This document shows, one piece after another, positions 54,133 through 64,000 of a DNA stretch of 64,000 nt (its first letter is position 1; each line of letters opens with the position of its first letter). A program made the translations under genes and the position numbers. Source of the DNA: Callorhinchus milii (lineage: Eukaryota); contig NW_024704743.1 in the NCBI RefSeq assembly GCF_018977255.1, positions 57,228,001 to 57,292,000 of the forward strand. The letters are read 5' to 3'. The notes under the pieces were generated by a model. That model saw only the letters and a list, made by a program, of their open reading frames with translations, was not told where the DNA came from and ran no database searches.

Positions 54133-55539
54133 TTATTCCTATGATTATGGTGGTTTTAATGTTGAATCGTGAGTTTGACATTTGCGAAGACGGCATTCAA
54201 ATCATGATACTTTATTTAAAAATACAATGTTAATGACAAGTGAAAGATGCTTTGAATTGCACATAAAAATCATAAAAACAAAACGAAGGAATACAGAGGC
54301 ATTCTCTTGTAGGTACAGAGAGGATTTCTTCACTCACCTTTCACTCCGCCCCCCACCACCTAGAAGAAAGGAAATAATTACTCTCTATAGAAATTGCATT
54401 TTTGACAATTTTGCCTTTTCCCCTGCTGCTATAGCAACTAATAATAAAACGACTAGGAATAAATTAGCATTCTATTTTTAAATGGATTAACATGTAAATC
54501 GAATGTTTGATTAAAATACAATCAGATTTGAGTAAAACTTTCAACCTGCACATCTTTCATTTACTAGGTTGTAATGGGAAATTGTGAAGCATTGATAAGT
54601 TTCACGTTACTTCTCTAGCTCGGGCCAGCTTGCCCATCAGCACTTTAGCTCACAAGATTGAGAATATATCTCACTCCAAGTTTCATTGGTAATTGAGACA
54701 GGCTGTCCAACCATCAACAGTCTGCCTTTGCGAGACATCACTTCAGAGCCACTCCTCGATGTGGAGCTTGAGCCCACAACCTTCTGACCCAAAGAAAAGA
54801 CAGCTATTAATAGAGCCAAGCTGACAATGAGCTCAGAGCTTTTGGGGTCGAAGACATTGAATAACACAGGAATTTAATGGTTAAATTGCACTCTTCTCAT
54901 CGCAATACAAGGTATGTTTAATTAAAAAATGGTAACACACTTGTTGATGGTTATTTTTCCTCTTGATATGAGAATTGTATAAAAGAGTTGAAAAATTATT
55001 TGAATTGAGGCAAATTCTCAAGATGAATACACACAAAATAATACAAGATACAGCACTGCCTTCGGTAAGCCTCATGTGTAGATGGCATATGCCTACTCTC
55101 AGTCTGAGAGCGAAACTCTCAGTCTGGTTCAGATACTTAAACATTGTGGTAGTTTTCCACATATCACACACCAGCTGACTAACAAAATTATCAAATCCCC
55201 GAATCTCTTGATGTTTGCTCAGTTGGATTCGGATGTAGGATCACTCATCCTTAAAATATTTTAATTGCAGCCAATTATCAATTGAGACGAAACAAACACT
55301 TTTTTATTGAAGTGTGAAAAAATAGAAAATTGAAGAGTGTCTCTCTTGGATAAACTGCAGCTCCAATAATGATTTTGAGAGTATATTTATCTGGTGAAAT
55401 TTATACAAGTTAAATTCTTCACAGCAATTTGATCCCACAGTGGCTTCATTTTTCGTATTATCAGGAAATCAGATGTTAGCAGAGGCTGGACTATAATGAG
55501 TAGTCAGATTACATTGAGCAATAGAACAAAAGATATTTT

Positions 55540-55685
55540 ATTAAAGACCTGGAGGACAAATTTGCAGGGCCATGGGGAGAGAGCGGGGGAGTGGGATTCA
55601 TTTGGACAGCTCTTTTAAAGAACCGGCACAGACACAATGGGCTGAATGGCCTCCTTCTGTGCTATATGATTCTATGATTCTATGA
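55540..55685 (+). mobile_element. CR1 LINE 3' end
   Basis: ATGGGCTGAATGGCCTCCTTCTGTGCT..(ATTCTATG)n tail. Confidence 0.85.
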
Positions 55686-57911
55686 CTTGTTTTGAAATTT
55701 TGAAATCATAAATCACAGAACAGAAGTTTCAATTAATGCATCAAATTTGGCTTGCGATTGCTGTACAATAGATTGCCCCCCCCAATACCATCCCCATCAC
55801 CCATACATTTAACATAGTCACACTTGCTATGAAGACAGTATAGACAAAGGAAGGTGAACAGATAATCTAGAGTTAGTTTCTTTACACAGTGGGTAATGAA
55901 TATGGAACAGAATCCCTGAGAGCCCACAGAAACTTAAGCAGTCTTGCATATAAATTAGGCATGTTTTATGATATATCAACACAAACATTCTCCAAAAAAA
56001 GCTGAGCTTCAGAATACTTCATTGATTATTCTGCTCAACACCCTAATGATTTCCTTTGTTACTTTTATTCCCCATTGTTTTGCAATCCACTGCATAAATT
56101 GTGTTTTACTGCTTTGTGTGTTGATTTAGAAAATGAGAAGACACAGTTAATTTCCACTGTAAGGATTCTGACTTTAAATAACCTTTTACTGAATCCCTTT
56201 CACTAAGTCTTACTTAAACACAGACTTGTACTCCTCGATGGGTCAGTTGATGAAATCTATGCACAACTGCTCTGTAAGGACCTAGGTTCAATCTGCACGG
56301 TCCATGATGGGTTAGCTGATCTCAATTTGGACAGTAGTAGGGACATTACACAATAGCTGGATAAAGCATCCTAGTTCAAGTGAGAGGAAACATGATAAAC
56401 CAGACTATCTATCCTGTGAACACTGCTTAAAATACCCTCAAGCATGGTGATGGGTTTCTGCACGTGTCAGACACCCAGCTGACCAAAATAAAGGTGTGCA
56501 TGTGAAGGTTGGGTAATGACAGGATCTGGCTTGACAGTGACTCCCACTCTCCTGCTTAGATACCCTTTGACAGACAGCTCAAACATAAAGAATGATTGTG
56601 TGGGTGAGACACCAAATGGTGACAGGCGCCTATGAAACCAACCCCCCGCCTGAGTCAACACCTTCAGTAAAACGGGGGAGGGAGAGGGGAGATAAACTAT
56701 CTGCATTGGTGCATTAGCATATAGCAGCATTAAACTTTTTTAAAGGGGTGGGTCTTCACAAGTTTTCAAGGCAAATCATTTTAAGGAGTGATACACTTAA
56801 TTGGAGTCATTTCAAGAGAATATTTAACATCAATTAACCTTAGGGAGCTTACTATTTGGAAGTATAAATGATACTTCAGAATAAGGGTGAAAACACATAC
56901 GGAAAGCATCAATTATGAACCCTAAATATTTATTCATAAAATTGATAATTGTTGCATCCGCAACAGATAGGATAGCATGAGATTTTGATTGTCGCAGGCG
57001 TCTGCCTTTCATTAGCTAAAATAAACAGGGTGCGATGGGTCTTGCTTGACCTATGCTGGAGAAGAAATACTGTGCGTCTCTAATGTCACTTTCACAAAGT
57101 GGTGGTTGAGTGCTCTGACTGCCTGAGGCTAACGCTGAATTAGAAAAACATGCTTATGATACACTGTTGAACTGCCTGCTAGAGAGGAGAGACAAGGAAA
57201 TGTCTGTCCCTGATGAATGATGCCTCTTGAGGTGTTTGATCTTCACAGGCTTCAAGAACCTGGTTTCTGGTCTTTCTAATAGCAGCTGTTCATAATACTA
57301 TTAGTCCCGTCACAGGAGGAAAAATGGAAGTGATCGTCTTGCCTACGTGACATCCATCTGCCTGTCTGGATACAAACACGAAACTTAACTTAAAAATGTC
57401 CCAAGCTGTGACTATTAGCAGTCACAACAACAACAACTTGCATTTATATAACACCCTTCATGATGGACGGCGTCGTGGAGCACTTTACGAGCTCGCTAGC
57501 ATGCAACAATAATATTTTGTTTTGTCTTCCGTTTAAATGTTACATAGGGAGACTCCTAATGAAATGTTGCAGGCCAGCACTCTTTTTATCTAAAGTTTTA
57601 ATTTTCCGCAAAAAATTCTCTACAAGTTCTACCCATCACTGAAAACCTACCCACATAATAACCTACAAATGCCTAATGTGATATTAAATAAACATTATAA
57701 GAGATCTCTTCTCATCCACTCTGAATCTGTCCCAAACAGAGTTTGATGGACTCTGTGTGTAAGAATCCATAAATAGGGATTCACCAAGTCAAAACATGCT
57801 TCATTAAACTTCAACCCGAATTTAGTGACTCCATTCCCATGCTTAGAGTTATTTTCATGGATAGGTATGTTGTGAACTACAGGTGCATAAAATCTACAAA
57901 CTGTAACTCAC

Positions 57912-57992
57912 CAGCTGGATAATCTTCAAAATGTTTTTCATTCACAAGTGACTGTTCTGGGACTATCTGTGCTTCTAGTTCTAAAATTTGAC
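57912..57992 (-). CDS. Candidate 81-nt symmetric internal exon (xQILELEAQIVPEQSLVNEKHFEDYPAx)
   Basis: CCCAG| acceptor with a weak tract, CTG|GTGAGT donor, open phase 1-1 frame. Confidence 0.25.
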
Positions 57993-58310
57993 CTGGGTAA
58001 CTATATTTATTAAATTAAAATTGCTGTTTTAAGAAATTGATCTGAAATAAGAATGTGATCTTCTTCTAACCTTCAAAACAGAACAGATGGAACTTCTCTT
58101 CATAAAGTTATACAGAAATGCTTTCTTTACAATAATGGTTATTAAATGTGTTGATGTGTTCAAGATGAAAGAGGAGCTTCTTAGCACCGTTATCAACCAC
58201 AAAAAATTAAATGTGTCTGTACTGGTAACCAAATGCATACAATAACGACCTTGGCAACCTCACTGATACAATGGCCAACAGGATTTTTAAAAAATATTGT
58301 GACCATTTGT

Positions 58311-58845
58311 GGAGTCCTGAAGTCTTTCTAAGCTCTCTGAGACGCTACCCTATGTGGAGGGTACTATATAAGTGCAAGTTGTTGTTGTTTCCTCGCAAGG
58401 GTTCAAGAGGACGAGAGGACCCGGGTTCGAATCCTGCGGTGGGGCGGGGGGTGGGGGGCGGGTGCAAAACCTTAGGCAAGATTATTCTACAAGCCTCTAT
58501 TTACCTATCGATCCACTTTACAGTATATTCTGTGAAGCGCTTTGAGACGTCTTGAAGACTTGATAAGGTGCTATATCAAATGCAAGGATTATTATTAAGT
58601 AGGAACCCGGTTGATAATCAGTTGGTGGATCACTTTCGGAGGGTAATGATCCCTTCAAAGAAAATAAAAAATTCACTCAATCCATAACTGTTTGCGGGAC
58701 ACTGCTGTTTGCAATTGGCTGTCGCATTTCGGCCACAAAATCTACAGTCAATTCACTATACAGTATATTCTGTGGTGCTCTTTGAAATGTCTCGACACTG
58801 TGATAAGGTGCTATTTAAAACGCAAGTATTATTATTATTATTATT
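58311..58845 (+). mobile_element. Long-subfamily SINE carrying an L2 tail (about 58330-58390) and a SINE tail (about 58508-58596)
   Basis: Host sequence TTTACCTA|..|AAGTAGGAACCCGG is split by the insert. Confidence 0.8.
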
Positions 58846-59036
58846 TTTCTAATTTTCACCCACTTGCATAAGCCTTTCTCTTCCTGGTCTGGATCCCCCT
58901 TTCTGGGGGTGTGGTTGCACAGATGCTGCTTGCTCTCTGGTATCTATTGTTACTGTGTGAGGCTTGGCTCTAGAGAGCAACACAGCCAAGGATGACTTCT
59001 CCTCATACAGCTTCACCGCCGCACCCCCCCCCACCT

Positions 59037-59068
59037 CCCCCCCCCCCCCCCCCCCACACACACACACA
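59037..59068. repeat. poly-C followed by (CA)n
   Basis: Read directly. Confidence 0.9.
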
Positions 59069-59237
59069 GTAAAGCGATCAGGAGCAGAAACCCTATCTAG
59101 TCTTCCAAGCCAAATCTCCCCATGCAACCTTGGCTGAGCCCTACAAACTCAGCACGGATTTGAATCAACGAACAACTGGTCTATAAGCTGCAGCTCTATC
59201 AAATGCAAGTTGTTTCTGTTGTTATATTTGTTGTTGT

Positions 59238-59563
59238 GGAATCCTGTAGCTCTGTGGTTAGAGCACTCGCTTTGCAAGCGAGAGACCTGAGTTCAATTCC
59301 AGGCAGGGCGAAACCTTGGGCAAGTTTCCTTACTCCACACACCTAATAATAATCCCTCCAAAACAAAACAATAATAAATTGGTCATTTTCAATCTACGAC
59401 TGTTTGTGGGACATTGCTGTGCGCAATTGGCTGCCGCGTTCGCCCACAAATATACAGTCAATTCACTTTACAGTGTATTCTGTGAAGCGCTTTGGGACGT
59501 CCTCCCGACATGTAAAGCGCTATATCAAATGCAAGGATTATTATTGTTATTATTATTATTATT
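59238..59563 (+). mobile_element. tRNA-SINE short subfamily
   Basis: Near-identical to the other short copies. Confidence 0.95.
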
Positions 59564-60519
59564 GTTGCACCATCAAGTCTGTCCACTGTTGGAAATTTTT
59601 ACAGGATACCTTTCGAAGATTTAGATTCTGTAAATTGAATAATATTAAAGTAGTTTGTACTAATAGAGGAAAATAAATAACTACACAGCACTGAAATGGC
59701 ACTATAAAGCTGTTGGTTTTCCAAAATCCCTGAATCTCATCAATAGCAGTCACAATACAAATTTCACATTAATAGTTTTTTTTAACCAACACACAAGCAT
59801 AGCTTAACCAGAACTAGAATTTAAACTACCAGAGCTGTTTAAAAAAATTCTTTACTCCCTGATTGATTAACAGAGACCGTCCAATGATTTAAATTCAGGA
59901 ACACGAGGATAAATAAATAAAGAGCTTGTCACACAGCATACAAGGTGACCTGCTAGTAAATGAACAGATCAGGGTGCAACTGTGCTCTTTAAGTACTAAT
60001 GTCCACCTTCTTGCAATCCTCATCATTTAAACCTGTCGCTGGGGAATGTGGAAACCAAATATCTCACATATTTTATTCTGTTATGGGCTCCTGTTAAATG
60101 CATTGTCAGATCTTCCTGAAGCACACAAAACGTAAGTCTGAAAAATAAAAAGACTGACAAAAACAGATGATCCGGGGCATTATGGTTTTCTGTTTTTATT
60201 AATTGGTGCCATTCTTTGCCATAATTCTTTAACTAAACCATAATTGTCCCATTTAATCACTTTCCAGAGGTTGATGCAGTTTTCACCGGGAGCAACTCTT
60301 TCAAACAGACAATTATATTGGGGGTGGAATTTCAGGGCCTGTTCTCTTTCACCACTGTTACTTTCCGTAATGATGAATGAGCCTGAGATTACTTGTTTGT
60401 TAGCTTTGAAGTGAATATGAAACCTATAAGTGGATGGAAACCCAATCATGGTTTATGTATAGGATTCTAATGCTGATGTAAGGGAAATGGAACAATTGAT
60501 TACTGACCATTGTAACAAT

Positions 60520-61540
60520 TGTGTTAGCACTCTCGCCTCTACGTCAGACGGTTGGGGGCTTGAAACCTCATGATGGGACTTTAAACTCACATGTCTAGGC
60601 TGATACTCCAATGTGTTGCTGGGGTGTGCTGCATTGTTGGAGGTGCTCTCCTTTGGATGAGACATTAAACTGTTGTGCAGTGGACATTGACGATCCCATA
60701 GCACTATACAAACAGAGAGGGGAGTTTCTCCTGGTGTCTTGACCACCAAACCCCCAGATAAAATTCATCATTCTACTTCAAGGCTCTCTGTGGGACATTC
60801 CTGTGTGCAAAATTACCTGTCATTCAGAACTCTGCAGCTCGTGTAATGTCCCGCACCAGGCTTCGGGACCACATCACTCCCACCCTCGCTCGCCTCCACT
60901 GGCTCCCCATCCCCCAGAGGATTGATTTCAAGATCCTCATCCTCACCTACAAGGCCATTCACGGCCTTGCTCCCTCCTACCTCTCTGACCTACTATCCCC
61001 CTACCTACCTGCCCGTACCCTCCGTTCCTCTGGCTCCGGTCTGCTCCACGTCCCCCGCCCCAATCGCCCTACCATCGGTGGTCGGGCTTTCAGCCTCTCA
61101 GCCCCTAGGCTCTGGAACTCTATCCCCCAGTGGCTTCGCCTTGCCTCCTCCCTTTCCTCCTTCAAGGCCGGTCTCAAAACCTTTCTCTTTGACCGAGCCT
61201 TCAGCTCCCCTCTCGACTCTCTTCCCCCTCCTCGCTCCCTCTCTTCCCTCCCCTCACCCTGACCATTTCCCTCCTCCTCGCTCCCTCCCTCCCTTCCCTC
61301 CCTTCACCCTGACCATTTCCCCCCCTGCTCGTTCATGACCCAACTGTGCAGCGCCTTGGGACGTCCTCCTGAGGTGAAAGGCGCTTTATAAATGGAATCT
61401 TGTTGTTGTTGTTGTTGTTGTCGTGTATGCCTACAAAATATGCAGTCACTATATTTTACAATAAATCCTGTGAAGTGCTGTGAGATGTTCTCCTGACATG
61501 AAAAACACTACATCAAATGCAAGGAACATTATTATTATTA
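60520..61540 (+). mobile_element. Deu-domain SINE split by a young L2 3' fragment (about 60819-61422)
   Basis: Deu sequence stops at AAATTACCTGTC and resumes at TGTCGTGTATGCCTAC; L2 frame RLHWLPIPQRIDFKIL is intact. Confidence 0.9.
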
Positions 61541-61772
61541 CTAAGCATTGGAACAATTATAAAGACATGAAAGTGACATTGTTCAGCCTTTGTGAGTTTC
61601 GACATTTGTTCAGTGTGAAAATGCGAAAGTACTAAGTAGCACAGTCCAGAATGTGATGAAAAACTTCAAATATGACTTGATGTTCCCTCCCCTAAAATTA
61701 TAGCTTAAGTTGCGTCTGTCAAATTTCATGCTAAAAATGTAGAATGCGGGGTGAAAAATGTCACTAGTGAAG

Positions 61773-62095
61773 TAATAATAATAATAATAATCCTTGCATT
61801 TGATATAGCGCTTTTCACGTCGGGAGGATGTCCCAAAGTGCTTCACAGAACACACTGTAAAGTGAATTGACTGTATATATTTGTGGGCGAACGCGGCAGC
61901 CAATTGCACACAGCAATGTCCCACAAACAGTCGTAGATTGAAAATGACCAATTTATTATTGTTTTGGTTTTGGAGGGATTATTATTAGGAGTGTGGAGTA
62001 AGGAAACTTGCCCAAGTTTTCGCCCTCTGCCTGGAATTGAACTTAGGTCTCTCGCTTGCAAAGCGAGTGCTCTAACCACTGAGCTACAGGACTCC
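61773..62095 (-). mobile_element. tRNA-SINE short subfamily
   Basis: Full structure. Confidence 0.95.
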
Positions 62096-62774
62096 GTATA
62101 TTATCATATTATTGAAAATTGTGGCCATAGTAGTCCAAAGACTGTCTGTGGTTCTGAGCTCTGCTTGATGTCGACACAGTTGTTTCCCTGAAGCAGATTT
62201 GAAGCCATTGAGCACCAGTGTTTTTGTTGCCTGGATTTTAGTGCCACTTCACAGGATACTAACTTAGTTATAGGGGACATAGTGTTTTGTTCTCTGGTCT
62301 TTTTATTCCACACAAAGCGTTTTTTGCAAATATAACATATCACTGCGAATCACAATGAGCTGCTCCTGTCCCTTTGTGAATATCACAAATTAGACCTGAT
62401 ATTCGCTGTAGTTTGTGCCAGAATTAAAGCAACTCGATGAGACAAAAGGTCTCTGGTGTGCTTAGCATTGACTATCATCCTAAATTGCAAAAAGTGAAAA
62501 ATCTTACCTGGATCTACAGTTCCGAGAGTGTATGTACCTTACAACCAGTAAATAGCATTAGTCGTTATGTGGAATCAATTGCTACTGGATCACAAAAACT
62601 GGTTCCAAGTGTGGAGGCCAATTGTTCCACAACAGAGTCTGAGTTTTCAATTTGAAACACTTCATCTATTTGTAGACATATTGCATTACATTGAAAATGT
62701 GCAAAGAAAAGCTTAGATGTATTAGATTAGATGTAGCTTATAGAATTGATTTATTCCTTATAGAGTACCAAATG

Positions 62775-63310
62775 AATCAGCCAGATGTCTGGCACACACA
62801 TTATATCACCTACACCTTGGAAAAATTTGCTGCATCTGGAATGGAATGCGTATGCTCTCCCCCTGGAGGGGCGCACTTTGGTTACCTAATTCTTGAGAGT
62901 ATCTGGTGTGGATTGGCAAGAGCCAAGACTTGGGGACCCCAAAATGTATGTTGGGGGTATTGCTAGATTTATAGAATCACATAGCTCATCAATGAGAGCA
63001 CTGTCTTGGACTACGCTATCTATTAGAACTTTGGCTTTCAAGGTTAACAGAAACCAAAGGACCCTTGCCCCAATGACTAGTCTATCCCTCCAAGTCCTCC
63101 TGGTTGGTATGTCATCAGAATTGCCTGTAGCACTGCAGACCTGCCTGTCTCAGGAACTGGATTACCGAGACCGCCACAGAGGGTTGACTCAATCTTGACA
63201 TTATGTTGCTAAACATGTCACCTTGGAGGCAGTTCAGCTCCAAGCTGACCCCACAGACTCCATTTTCCCCCTTTCCCCCAAGGAGACTAGTTACTAGTTG
63301 ACATTGTTAA
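62775..63310 (-). repeat. Unclassified repeat X, long copy
   Basis: Aligns to 28410-28650, 32340-32475 and 36009-36330. Confidence 0.75.
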
Positions 63311-63325
63311 AAGAGAAGGAAACAA

Positions 63326-63674
63326 TCTAGCGGTTAGAGCACTCGCCTTGCAGGCAAGAGATCTGGGTTCCATTCTCAGCACGGCGAAATGTTGGCATGC
63401 TTCCTTATTCCACATGCCTCTGTTTACCTAGGAGTAAGTAGGAACCCAGTTGTTAGTCGATGGGCGGATCACTTTTTCAACAGTAATAATTCCTTCAAAA
63501 ATATAATAATAATAAAAATTGGTCACTCAATCTACAACTATTTGTGAGACGCTGCTGTGCACAATGGCTGCCGTGTTTCGCCCACAATATAGCCAATTTA
63601 CCTTACAGTATATTCTGTGAAGCGCTTTGAGAAGTTTAGAAAACGTGATATCAAATGCAAGGATTATTATTATT
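63326..63674 (+). mobile_element. tRNA-SINE long subfamily
   Basis: Head, internal segment and tail. Confidence 0.9.
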
Positions 63675-64000
63675 AAACTCAGGTGGGATAGCAGGAGTAA
63701 TGCTACAACTGGATTTAGTGCCACAACACTAAGATGGGGAAATATCAGACAACTTCCCCTTTGGATTCCTATTCATTGGCTCTTAACATACACAGTGTGT
63801 ATGTTAAGAGCCAGTGAATAGTGTGTTGTTGTTGATGCCACAGGTCCAAAATGTATCATGGTTATAGTAATAAGAACATACAATACAATATAAAATTACA
63901 TTTGTAACGTGCCTTTCACGTTGGGAGGACGTCCCTAGGCATTGGACAGTCAGGGATTTGGCCCCAAAAATGCCTTATGATTTAATATAATGCAAAATTT

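Noticed and set aside
1..64000. CRISPR arrays, operons or other prokaryotic systems
   Set aside because: Vertebrate retroposon-rich DNA; no regularly spaced repeats or dense ORFs

Overview
Repeat-rich, AT-rich vertebrate DNA, either intronic or intergenic. The repeats are a tRNA-Ala-headed SINE with a (TTA)n tail and L2-like 3' end, Deu-domain SINEs, L2 and CR1 LINE fragments, and a Penelope-type terminal repeat. From memory, this set points to a cartilaginous fish, probably a chimaera/elephant shark (inference). Almost every long ORF in the track is decayed LINE ORF2 or a SINE/microsatellite artefact. No complete or nameable host gene was found. A few unique segments look exon-like (17681-17767 +, about 23850-24004 on either strand, 57912-57992 -, and several minus-strand microexon-like units), but none is proven. 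I cannot show a new biological system from sequence alone. The best leads are: an unclassified, probably retroposed non-coding repeat with about 8 copies; a 78-bp locally templated insertion; a triple-nested insertion with about 1.2 kb missing; a covarying SINE/LINE 3' stem-loop; a decayed hammerhead motif; and a duplicated exon-like segment. Repeat boundaries are approximate.
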